Below, piece after piece: positions 12,252 through 24,769 of a stretch of DNA of 64,000 nucleotides. This DNA is from Antedon mediterranea (Eukaryota; Animalia; Echinodermata), in contig NC_092674.1 in assembly GCF_964355755.1 (NCBI RefSeq), positions 28,582,001 to 28,646,000 on the forward strand. The letters are read 5' to 3'. Positions within the stretch are counted from its first letter, which is position 1. The number at the start of each line of letters is the position of its first letter. The notes beneath the pieces are model-generated. The model was not told the origin of the DNA, made no database searches, and was given only the letters and a program-made list of their open reading frames with translations. Position numbers and translations under genes: made by a program.

Positions 12252-14694
12252 ATGGCTGACACGGAGATTGACACGTCACAGGTGTGTTTTTAGATGTAAA
12301 ATCATTAATTAATCGTTTATTGAGATTTTTTAATTTAGATATAATAGTTTCCCGCATATTTTAGATATTCAGTGTGCAAAAATTAAACAGTAAAATTAAA
12401 AAGCATGGTCATTACATTATTGATGCTTTCTATTCAGCCTTCTAACTAGGCCTAGTAGTAGGCCTAGCCAAGATTCCGACCACCGATAAGTCAATTTGTC
12501 GGCGGGATTTAAAGCGTACCTCGGGCGCGTGCAATTATTGGTGCCATATGGTTGATTGCGGTGAAGGGCGATGTACGAGCTCTATCAGGAGACCACCTAC
12601 TGTGTATATTTATTATACACAGTTTTTATTCACTCATCCCTCATGTAGATTGATGGATTGATTTAGAATAAAAGATAATGTTTTTAAAAAAGATGAAATT
12701 ATTTAAACAGTGTGTATAATAATAATTTAATATTTTTCAGCTTGATTCGAAAATGCAAACTATTGATATGAACATGCCTATAGAGGGCGATATTACAGTA
12801 CCAGGAGCACCCGAGGAAGATGACGAAACTGCTTTTTCAACACTCGATGAACCGATTAGAGAAACAATTGTACGTCAATGTGATTTATTAATTTATGCAC
12901 TCGCTTTATATTAATTGATGCGAAACTATTTTACAACATCACATGTGTTAATCATTAATTTTTGTTTTCTTTCAGATGAGAGATTTAAATGCAGTTTTTT
13001 CAAAGTTTTTACATGTTCTGTATCCAAAACAAAGTAAAACATTATTGCGTGAATGTAAGTTGGACAATCATGTTAAACAAACATTTCTTTTAACCTCCTT
13101 AAAAGCTCTGTCTATCACTATCAAACTAGTCAACAGAAGAATAAATTTGATTTGTTTTACCTTTTTAGGGGACTTGTGGGGACCACTTATACTCTGCACA
13201 CTATTAGCGATGTAAGTATCTATTTTTTAATTACAGTACCGTATATCCTTTGGTATAATCTAACCACCGTAGAACACAAAATTGGGCTGACTTTTGGAGG
13301 TGTGGTTGTACCCGGGGAAACCCTGGTCCAGGCAAAAATTGATTGGTAAGCATTTCTTGTAAAAACCCATCTATACTGGCTAGAGAGAGGCCTACATCCA
13401 TACCAAAAGTCAATACTGGGACTATACCAGAGGATATTCCTGTTTGTGAAATCAGACATAAAGTAGGGGGTGTGATTAAACCGGAAGCTGGATTATACGT
13501 GAGGATATATGTATTCATTTTCTGTATGACATAAGGAAATCATAAATGCCTTAATATTCAGTCTTATTCAACATAATATAATTTTTAGGATGTTGCAGGC
13601 TTCTGATGAAAAGAAGACGGAGCAGCCTCAGTTCTCAGAAGTGTTTGTGCTGGTTTCATTTGGTTCTGTCATCGTAACACTAAACTCAAAGTTGCTTGGT
13701 GGCTTAATGTGAGTTGTATAATTTTAGATTTAAGCCCACCCTCAAATTTAAGCCCACCCTTCAATTTTAGCCCATACTTAGATTTCGATCTCATCCTCAA
13801 ATTAGCACATCCTCCATAGCCCATCCTAAGATTTTATCTCACCCTCAGAATATTTATAAGCTTTATAATTAAGTCCATTCTATTTATTTAACTAATTAAT
13901 AGAGTATAATTCCCATGTTAAGCCCATCTACAATAAATATAAGCCCATAGGTATAATGTCAACTTTCAGGTAGAATACAGGCTCAGTGGCTGTTGTCACC
14001 AATCACACTTACACAAGATATATATTTCCCTTAAATATTATTCACTTAGATAGAAGATTTTTGTTAATTTTAAGGGTAAGTGTTTGCCATAGCCTAAGGC
14101 TCCTATGCACAATTAAAATTCAATACAGTTCACATACAGTAACTTTATCATAAAAAATATTCTATTTTCTACATTTCAGATCTTTCTTCCAAACTGTGTG
14201 TATCCTAGGTTACTGTCTTCTTCCATTGAACGTGGCATTAATTTTCTGTCGGCTGTTGTTGTTATCATCAAATCAGTACTTATTTATTGTGCGCTTAATT
14301 GTTACGTTCATTGCTTTCTTTTGGTCAACATTAGGTAAGCTTTTTATTTATTTATTTTTACAAAATAAAGTAAAACAATTTCCAAATTTTTGTATACAAT
14401 TATTTACGTATAATAAATATGTACGTGTGCACAACATTTTGACTTGTCATCAACAAATCGTCAACTGGCAATGATCTTCCTACTTTAATAACTTTTTAAA
14501 AACCCCTTCCTACTCGAAGCAATAGAAGATTTATTTAGACAATAATTAATAAGTATTAATTTTATATTTTTATTTCAGCTTCTCTGGCCTTTTTGGCTGA
14601 TAGTCAACCACCAAACAAGAAGGGTTTAGCCCTCTATCCCATTTGTCTTTTCTACTTTGTTATCGCTTGGCTTATTCTGGGTCAGACAGCTTGA
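12252..14694 (+). CDS. YIPF6: Yip1 domain family member 6, 7 coding exons
   Basis: Exons 12252-12281, 12741-12869, 12976-13054, 13169-13211, 13589-13708, 14180-14334 and 14579-14694 splice in frame. Motifs STLDEPIRETIMRDL, LLREWDLWGPLILC, LNSKLLGGLISFFQTVCILGYCLLPL and LALYPICLFYF are characteristic of YIPF6. Confidence 0.93.
13237..13513. mobile_element. MITE in YIPF6 intron (Tc1/mariner-pogo-like termini)
   Basis: TACCGTATATCCT..GTATAATC at left and GGATTATAC..AGGATATATGTA at right are imperfect inverted repeats. Confidence 0.45.
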
Positions 14695-14761
14695 ATACAT
14701 CGTGGAAAATGATTCCTTCAGTGCAATATTATGTTCATTAAAGGTGGTTAAGTATTATTAC

Positions 14762-14909
14762 CAGTGGCGTAACGGCTATGAGTGCTCACTGGCTAAACCA
14801 AGAGCTTATGGGGAACCTGAGCATCAGCAGTCCAATGCAACTACTCGGCATTGGAAGGCCCCTTAGGAGTGCTAAACTTGGGGCTTTTGCCCTGTGCATT
14901 ACGCCACTG
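14762..14909. mobile_element. hAT-type MITE just downstream of the YIPF6 stop (likely 3' UTR); partial copy at ~10681-10792
   Basis: TIR CAGTGGCGTAA / TTACGCCACTG with a perfect 8-bp TSD ATTATTAC (14754-14761 and 14910-14917). Confidence 0.85.
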
Positions 14910-16735
14910 ATTATTACAAGGAAAGGCAACACAAAACTGAAAGCGGATTGGTGTCTCAAGACCCAGGAGGATAAATGGGTGCTGCTGAAAAAGGATTATC
15001 TTCAACAGGCAGCAAGACAAACAATCTATTGTTAGGCCAACCAGCAATATGACAACAGACAATTGATGTTCCTGGTTGTAAACTTATCATTGTCTACACT
15101 ATCAAACGAGTTTGACAGAAAGAATGATGTGCCTATGTACATATGGTAGTGATATGACATCATCATGTTTATATATGGGCACATCACAATTTTTTGTCAT
15201 GTTTGATAGTGTAGACAGAGCTTTAAACAATGAAACTTATAATTTTGGAAATGAATTTAAAGGCAATACAACAGATAATTCAACTGTAAAACTATGGATA
15301 GATGACAGGAGTATAGTGCTATTAAGCTAGCTGAAGCTAAGGAAAACAAACTTGCAGGAGACACAATTGAGTAAACAATGAAATACCCTTTTCACATCAC
15401 CTAGCAAAACTCCAGTTAACACACTGGTGCATCAACACCTGTGTTTGTATGGCTTGGCAATGTGAAAGGGGCATTACATAATCAAATCTCATATTCATAA
15501 ACCTCTTTCCAGTTATGTAATTGTACATGCTTGATTTAATGCAACTCGGCTATAACATAAAGTGTATGTTTATCTAGGCTATTTAGTATAATGTTAAACA
15601 AATTAGTATAAAAATGACAAAGCCTAAAACATGTTTATCAATCATTCTGTTTTTTTTTATATATTATTGCCTATTAATTTAAGAAATTATTATTACTCCC
15701 AATGCCATATAGTGGTATATGGCCTATTGTAATTAGTATTATAGAAAAGATCTACAGCAATTTATGCTATAATGTTTTGATACTTTTTTCTAAGTAAAAA
15801 TTATACAGTAAATACATTTGATTATATTAACCATTTTACTTGTTTTGCACTTGGTTTGATGGAAAGTTTTTATATTTTGAATGAAGTTTAGAGTTGCAGG
15901 GAATTAAAAGATTTCTTTTAAAATTAAAATAAACTTTCTTTAGGTTTATTACATAATATACTGTATATAATTGAGAAGTTTGCAATTTATAATTACTTTA
16001 AAAATTGAGATGAAAATAATCGTTTATTATTAATGTACATTTATTTATTATTTGGTGCCTTTTAAATAAAGGGGTTATACAATAATCCAATTCTTTTTTA
16101 TTTTGAGTGCATTTGTAATTAAAGGAAGATTCATTTTGAAAGTTAATGGATAAAATTATGCAAACTTTGGTTCCAACAGTTACTTGGACCATGCTATTGA
16201 AAAGTACAGTACGGGCATCTGTAGCCATATTCACCAGTTATAATACACTCAATGGACTAAAAAGAAAACTTGCTTAAAATTAAATAATATTAATATTGTA
16301 CAACTTTAAGCTCTGTCCACACTATCAAACTTTATGTGACCAAAAAAATGTGATGTCATATCACTACTATTTGGGCATATCACACTTGTTTTGATAAACA
16401 CGCTTTATATAGTGTAGACAGACCTTTATGGAATTGAATATTTATTTACTGAAGTGAAAATTCTTGTTATAAATAGTTCAATATAGCCACTGCATATCAA
16501 GTCGGTCTTGACCGGGAAGGGGAGAGAAGAGATAATTTTATCATTATTGCTGGGTGCGCTGCAGTTTTTCAATGCATTTTAAAACAAAAGACACACTTAA
16601 ATACAAAACAAATAACAAAAACTTTCAATATTACAATGTTATTTTATTTAATCTTGGTTGTTTTATGGTTTTATTGTGGCTGTGGTTATTCTATGAAGAA
16701 TTTTATTTCTTTAGTCCGTTGTTCAGTTTAATTTA

Positions 16736-18101
16736 CTATTGTCCTTCTGGAATGACAATTGTTGTTTTCTCTGACACATAAATACCATCTAAGAATTTTC
16801 GAATATCCTTGTTCTTGACAGTTGTGGACTGTTGAATTGAGGCAGCTGCAGAAAAAAACAAAAAAAAACAGTATTCAATGATTTTGGACCGGTGACAATT
16901 GGGTGTAGTACACGGTGACCACTGGGTGTAGTACGCGGTGACAATTGGGTGTAGTACAGTGACCACTGGGTGTAGTACACGGTGTCTATTGGGTGTATAT
17001 AGTGTTTTTTATAAGCTGTAAAACTATCTGTTCATGTGTGTGTACAAGGAATTTTTTCGAGCCACAACACTGTTCATTTGTTGTACATTGTGTCCATAGA
17101 ATGTAATATGTTGTATACAGTCATACATGGTGTTTTTGTGTTGCTTGTGAGCTATGCATCAAGTTCAGTGTTGTGCATGTTTATTAAACAATAGATAACA
17201 CTGCAATTAAGAAGGTACCTCTGTACACCATCATCAGTGTGACAGCCCATATCCAAGATTTTACAATTCATCATATGATGATAAATGTATTAAATAATTA
17301 AAAGGCTATTGTTACATACCACATTGTGAAACCTTTTCGATGTCATTTCCTTCAAGAATCAGCTCATCTTTCATCTTGGGTGATGATGATACAATCACAC
17401 CTTCTTTCATCTGCACACGACGGATAAACTTCTCTCCGAGAAAGTTTCGGATCTCAATAAGGGAACCATTTTCCTGGATGTTGCAGTTGATTGGGAAATG
17501 AGCATACACAGACCTCATTTTGTATTTGTACCCCTAATAAAAACAATTTTTTAAAAATAAATTAAAGCTGATTTTGTGTCACTTTCAGCTTGTGCACTCT
17601 ACCAACTCTGGATTTGTTTTAAATAAAATACAAACATTTAACAACTTACAAGTGTTACACCTTTAATCATGTTTTCAATATGGGTGCAGATAGTACGAAC
17701 ACCAGCTAATTCCTTCTTAATTCCGAACCATTTGTCAACACGGATCTTCTTTCCAATGACAGTCAGTTCCACCCTCATGTGTCGGAAGGTACGTACCAAC
17801 ACCCCTCTGGGTCCTGTCACTGTGATGGTCCTTGCCTTGATGGATACCGTGACTGAAACAATAAGTTTATCAAGTTTAAAAAATCGAACTTGGTATAAAT
17901 TGTTAGAAAGTAAGGGAGGGGGTGGGTGGTGGGATGGTACACTTGTGCTGACATAAGTATTGAAGCCAGCGTTTAGGGGGTTGGCTTGGTGGTAGATTGA
18001 CTCATCATCAATATTGAAAACAAAAATTGTTTGAACTAAAAAAGAGTTCCTGTACCATTTTCCGGCACCTCCACAAATCTTGTTGCTAAGATAGTCTTCA
18101 T
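16736..18101 (-). CDS. RPL9: 60S ribosomal protein L9 (uL6), 4 coding exons
   Basis: Exons 18056-18101, 17650-17852, 17320-17533 and 16736-16845 give MKTILAT..., [65 protein letters not shown]. Confidence 0.98.
16889..16998. repeat. ~23-bp minisatellite in an RPL9 intron
   Basis: About 5 copies of CGGTGACMAYTGGGTGTAGTACA. Confidence 0.85.
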
Positions 18102-18785
18102 AGCTGCACCTGAAAGAAAAATTATTACAAAAATATATTATTACACAATTACTAAAATTATACTGTACTTCATATTATTGGCATAAGCCTATTTTCTCAT
18201 TGGTAAGATTTGTTTAACCCTTTTCTTACATTTCTGGGTGCAAAAACATATGTGGTCACTTCGTCCCAAACCTGGCCTTCTAATCTAAGCATGGGCCTAA
18301 CGCTAGGCCCTATCTATCTCTAGTTAGTACAGCAGTAATAAAACAGTACACTTCACATATAGGCCTAGGAGGCTAGGGCCGGCCTACATACAGCACAGTT
18401 CAGTACACATTCGTTCGTATCGCCTATTATTAGTAATTACTACTAGGTCATGGCGAGATATTCAGTAGATCAGTAATAAACTATTGAATGTTTCATTTCA
18501 TGCTCTAATAATAATCTATCCTGGGCCGGGTGTTTTTTTTTTTTTTGGTAATTCTGTAGTATACATCTCCTTTTTGACGTAGGCCTACATATTGGTTTTC
18601 TATGTACAGTACATGTAACCATTTAAATCAAGCATTTCATTCATACTATTATCAACTATCACAAACTAATAGCACACAGACTTTATATTATGTTTTATAC
18701 ATTTAATAAGGCAGTTTATAAAGAAGGATGATCAATATATAACTGAGAAATTTATAGATTTTAATAACTATTTTTCATAACTCAC

Positions 18786-18816
18786 GAACCTCTGCTATCG
18801 CACAGACCGAAAAGGT
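18786..18816 (-). promoter_or_regulatory. RPL9 non-coding first exon with TCT/5'-TOP start
   Basis: Minus strand reads CCTTTTCGGTCTG...GGTTC|GTGAG: a pyrimidine-tract start typical of ribosomal protein genes, followed by a splice donor. Confidence 0.7.
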
Positions 18817-19556
18817 CGATCGGTAGTCTCGGAGAGGTCAAATAAATGTAGTCCAACTTAAGCTATTAAAATTAACTTAGTTTAAGTTTAATTATGTTTG
18901 ATAAGGTTTACACTAGAAACATGATTGAAACTACAATTTTGGATATTTTAATATTATTTACAGCTAACAACATTAGTAATTTTATTACCTATTTATATTT
19001 GATAATAATAATAATTTCAGAATAATATTTTTGAGTAGGCTAGGTACTCGACCCACGTACACAAACTTTTTCCGAAGGACAAAAATATCGTGAGTACCAC
19101 TGTTAAAATTGTATTTATTAATCCTAGCCCTACTAATATATGTACCAAATAACGCTGTTCGCTTTTATTGTGTATAATAGTGTAGACTTCTGTTCAGGTG
19201 GTTTTTATGATACTGTTCTTTAATTTGATTAAAATCACCAGAAAAGTTAGGCCATTCTCATCGCCCACCACCAACCAGTTCAAAGTCGGACACCGCACAC
19301 AGACAGCAGTACCCACCCCCGTGCTGAAGGAAGGCAGGTATATAAACTATACCAAACTGGCGAGTAAATCATGTTTTACTTTTTAAACCTCGCAACGTCT
19401 GGTTGAAAAGGCTACTCGGACCAATAATTGCTATTAGCCTAGGGGTTATTGCGATTTGGACGTTTCTGATTGGCTGTAGCCATGGACTATATTGATTAAC
19501 ACTGTTCTGATTGGTTGTAGCTTTGAATACATCTTCTCGGAACTCGTCCTTAATAC

Positions 19557-21060
19557 AATAGCAATTTAGCACAGTGTTTTACTATAATTAAATAGCAATT
19601 TAGGTAAATGTCTTTTGAAATGAAATTAAATAAATTATAACCAATTTGGTTAGAGTAAAACACAATGATAAAGAATAGGAAACATTTAATAATATGATAA
19701 ATTACATTTACATAGCAATTTAGCACTGTGTTTTACTATAACCAATTTGGTTAGAGTAAAACACAATGATAAAGAATAAGAAACATTTAATAACATGATA
19801 AATGACATTTAGCAATTTAGCACTGTGTTTTACTATAACCAATTTGGTTAGAGTAAAGCACAATGATAAAGAATAGGAAACATTTAATAACATGATAAAT
19901 GACATTCACATAGCAATTTAGCACTGTGTTTTACTATAACCAATCAGATTAGAGTAAAACACAATGATAAAGAATAGGAAACATTTAATAATATGATATA
20001 TAACATTTACATAGCAATTTAGCACTGTGTTTTACTATAACCAATTTGATTAGAGTAAAACACAACGATAAAGAATAGGAAACATTTAATAACATGATAA
20101 ATTACATTTACATAGCAATTTATCACTGTGTTTTACTATAACCAATTTGGTTAGAGTAAAACACAATGATAAAGAATAGGAAACATTTAATAATATGATA
20201 AATTACATTTACATAGCAATTTATCACTGTGTTTTACTATAACCAATTTGGTTAGAGTAAAACACAATGATAAAGAATAAGAAACATTTAATAACATGAT
20301 AAATGACATTTACATAGCAATTTAGCACTGTGTTTTACTATAACCAATTTGGTTAGAGTAAAGCACAATGATAAAGAATAGGAAACATTTAATAACATGA
20401 TAAATGACATTCACATAGCAATTTAGCACTGTGTTTTACTATAACCAATCAGATTAGAGTAAAACACAATGATAAAGAATAGGAAACATTTAATAATATG
20501 ATATATAACATTTACATAGCAATTTAGCACTGTGTTTTACTATAACCAATTTGATTAGAGTAAAACTCAACGATAAAGAATAGGAAACATTTAATAACAT
20601 GATAAATTACATTTACATAGCAATTTATCACTGTGTTTTACTATAACCAATTTGGTTAGAGTAAAACACAATGATAAAGAATAGGAAACATTTAATAATA
20701 TGATAAATTACATTTACATAGCAATTTATCACTGTGTTTTACTATAACCAATTTGGTTAGAGTAAAACACAATGATAAAGAATAGGAATTTAATAATATG
20801 ATATATAACATTTACATAGCAATTTAGCACTGTGTTTTACTATAACCAATTTGGTTATGGTAAAGCACAATGATAAAGAATAGGAAACATTTAAAAATAT
20901 GATAAATGACATTCACATAGCAATTTAGCACTGTGTTTTACTATACCAATTTGATTAGAGTAAAACACAATGATAAAGAATATGAAACATTTAATAATAT
21001 GATAAATTGATAGCACTGTGTTTTACTATACCAATTTAGTTTTGGATAAAGAATATGAAT
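19557..21060 (+). repeat. Left arm tandem array, ~101-bp unit, ~14-15 copies
   Basis: ACCAATTTGGTTAGAGTAAAACACAATGATAAAGAATAGG recurs at 19640, 19741, 19838, 19939, 20040, 20141 and onward. Confidence 0.97.
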
Positions 21061-21427
21061 TTAAAGAATGGATATAATATGATATGATACAATATGATTT
21101 TCTCCAAATTAGTAAGACATTTTGGAATACTGCGTGCGTAGTGCACCTAACAAGATCATGTTCGCTATTTAAAACTCACATTTTAAAACCGTAAACGCAT
21201 AAATTTGCGGACAAACTCGTAAAACACACTTCCAGAGATTTAATAATTTTAACAGTACTACAAAATCCATAATATAAAGTAGTATAGATTTGTACAAAAA
21301 GAGCAGAACAATTAAATTAACTGTCATTACATCTACTGAACTGTCTCATTACATCTACTGAAAAATTCATCGCGATGAATTTATTTATAATACACCAATC
21401 AGATCACACGCAATTAGTATGGATGCC

Positions 21428-22260
21428 AGTTTAGGCGATGATAAAATCGCGTCGATGATGCAATGAAAATTGCGTCGATGTGATGAAAATTGCGTCGATG
21501 AATATAGTATTGATGTAATGATGTGATGAACATTGCGTCGATGAAAATTGCGTCGATGTAATGAAAATTGCGTTAATGTGATGAAAATTGCGTCGATGAA
21601 AATTGCGTCGATGAAAACTGCGATCTCCCTGCCGGTATGATTTGAATATGATGTCATGGATGCTGGACATCTGGATTTTATGTACTGAACTGGTGGATTA
21701 ACGGAAGCAATTAGCTAGAAGATATAATGTGTCCGAAAGGACAATAATGGATCCATTGCTAAAATGTGTTGACAATAAATCACTAAAATGTTAATCAGTG
21801 CATATATTTCAACATTGTTTTAGTGCGCGATCACTGTGCGCTTGTCTATAACGCGCGCTAGCGCAAGCGGTAAACATGTTTATCATATCAAAATATTCAG
21901 AAACCGTCAATTTTTAGCAACATGATAACATTATTAACATCATTATTAACATCAGCATTTACTTTACTAGTAGTCATTTTCATCATTGATTGAATTAAAA
22001 CCATTTGGAATTTTCATAATCAATTAAATTCATCACATCAATTTTCATCGATGCAGTTTTCATCGACGCAATTTTCATCGATGCAGTTTTCATCGACGCA
22101 ATTTTCATCGACGCAATTTTCATCGATGCAATTTTCATCGACGCAATGTAAATTGCGTCGACGCAATCTACATTGCATCGAAGCAATCTACATTGCGTCG
22201 ATGCAATTTTCATCGACGCAATTTCATCATCGACGCAATTTTTATCATCGCCAAAAACTT
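21428..22260. mobile_element. Nested ~830-bp inverted-repeat element with 15-bp subrepeats
   Basis: (ATGAAAATTGCGTCG)n at ~21440-21620 faces (CGACGCAATTTTCAT)n at ~22040-22250. Outer ends are AGTTT.GGCGATGATAAAA / TTTTATCATCGCCAAAAACT. Confidence 0.7.
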
Positions 22261-23496
22261 GTGTAAAACGGCGTTCCATAAGTGACGAATCGCATATTCG
22301 CCGTTTATTGTTGAGGCGCGTAAACAGTGTGCGCAATGCACGTTTTCTTCCCATGACGAGACGAATCGATATTCGACTCTTCTTGTGACGAATAATCGCC
22401 AAATTATAATTAATATAATTAATTAATGAAATAAGATACGCAGTTGATGTTTGCATCAATTGTTCTTTAGAATAAATACTTTCGAAATACAAAACAAAAA
22501 ATGTGTGGTGAGTGACGATATGTTCAATCATGGACCTATAAATTACTAATTTATAGGTCCATGATTCAATATCTGTAGCTTCAATTCAAACATAATGTAA
22601 CAGAAAATTCGAAGCGTAAAAAACGTTCGTTTACACAACACTTTTTTTTATACTTTATTATTGATTATTATATTATACAGGAATACTATTTATTTCCTCA
22701 TTTCTACCCAAGAATAAACAATTTTTGGATACAAAACTTTATGTGAATTACATTACCAAAATATTAAAATGAGGATAAAAAAACATCGCGTAAAATACTC
22801 GTACTCAAAAGCTTCTGAAATTTGTAGATATATGTCATGAAAAAGAAATTTGACATTCCCAATAATTTTTTTTGGCAAAAATGTAATATATGAAACATAC
22901 AATTTACATAGTTTATCATTGTTTTTTATTAGAACCAATATGGTTACACAGTTAAACATAGTGATAAAGAATAGATACTTGTTAGGTTACTACCCTACCC
23001 TCTAGTTTGAAGCGACATTATAAATTCATCGAGAAAAAAAAACGTATCGTATTCAGAAACGTTTGACATTTTGTATAGATATGTTCAATAAGACAAAACA
23101 AATTATAAATTTCAAGACAAATCGATGATTTCCATTATTTGCATTTCAAAAAATTCACACTTATGAAAGACCATACATTTTCAACATTTCCTTTTTTCTG
23201 TGTACCGAGTTTAGAAACTTTTTGAATACCAGACGTATTTTTTTGTGATGCTTTTTCATTTGAATTGTAGTATAAAATGTCATTGAAACGAGATAAAAAT
23301 CATACAAGACATGTTATAATAGGTTGCTCTATATACATAACAAAATTAGTTCTTTTTTTTGGTAAGAATCGCCAATGAAGTAGAAAGTTATTTCAGATGT
23401 AGTGTGCATTTATACGTCATTAATAGTAGGCCTAAAATATAATATTAAATATTATAAAGAATATCAAACATTTTATGTTATGAAAAATAAAATTGA

Positions 23497-24720
23497 CATA
23501 TAAGTTTATCATTGTGTTTTACTATAACCATTTTGGTTAAAAGTTAAACACAGTGAGTGATAAAGAATAGAACTGTTTTAGTTTATTTAACCCTAACCCT
23601 AGTTTGAAGCGATCACATATTTAATATTCATCGCTAAAAATACGTATCGTCTTGAAAAACGTTTGATATTTGGTAGATATGTTCAATATAGGTTCTTACA
23701 TCTATAATGCAAAAGAAATATCCTAATAGTTTTATTTTGATTTCTGAGAATCATCAATGAAGTAAAAATGTGTTGGAAATGTATTGTCTTTCATAAGTGT
23801 AAATGTTTAGAAATGCAAATTATTAAAATCACGAATTTGTCTTGAAACTTTTATTTTTTGTTTGTTTTATAGACGTAAGAACCTATTGAACATATTTACC
23901 AAATTTCAAATGTTTCTGAATACGATACGTATTTTTTCGCGATGAAAAGTATGTGATCGCTTCAAACTAGGGTTAGAGTTATATAACCTAAAACAGTGTC
24001 TATTCTTTATCATTGTGTTTAACTGTGTAACCAAATTGGTTCTGTAAAACAAGATGATAAACTATGTAACTTGTATTTATTATTATTACATTATATGTAT
24101 CCTATAATGTAATATGAAAAATAAAATGTACATAGTTTATCATTGTGTTGTACTAAAACCAATTTGGTTAAAAGTTAAACACAGTGTTAAAGAATGAACT
24201 GTTAGGTTATTTAACCCTAACCCTAGTTTGAAGCGATCACATACTTAATTCATCGATAAAAATACGTATCGTCTCAAAAAACGTTTGAAATTTGGTACAT
24301 GTTCAATATAGGTTCTTACATCTATAATGTAAAAGAAATATCATAATTTGTTTTATTTTGATTTCTGGGAATCATCAATGAAGTAAAAATGTGTTGGAAA
24401 ATGTATGGTATTTCATAAGTGTACATTTTTAGAAATGCAAATTATTAAAATCACGAATTTTTTGTGAAATTTATATTTTTTGTTTGTTTTATAGACGTAA
24501 GAACCTATTAAACATATCTAACAAATTTCAAAAGTTTCTAAATACGATACGTACTTTTTCGCGATGAATTGATTATGTCGCTTCAAACTAGGGTTAGGGT
24601 TATATAACCTAAAACAGTATCTATTCTTTATCACTGTGTTTAACTGTGTCACCAAATTGGTTCTGTAAAACAAGATGATAAACTATGTAACTTGTATTTA
24701 TTATATTATTACATTATATG
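23497..24720. repeat. Two tandem ~600-bp hairpin modules (23497-~24080, 24128-~24720) plus a diverged third arm at ~22906-23090
   Basis: A ~230-bp arm (..TAACCCTAACCCTAGTTTGAAGCGATCAC..TACGTATCG..AATAGGTTCTTAC) occurs forward, reverse, forward, reverse. The arm start resembles the 100-bp unit. Confidence 0.85.
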
Positions 24721-24769
24721 TATCCTATTCTTTTCATAACGTTTAGATAATAAGATATGTTTAATATAA

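Noticed and set aside
21385-22531. ORFs with MKIAS / STQFS / IDAIF repeats, including the 178-aa ORF, as a transposase or repeat protein
   Set aside because: They arise from a stop-free 15-bp repeat readable in several frames on both strands; no DDE or zinc-finger motifs.
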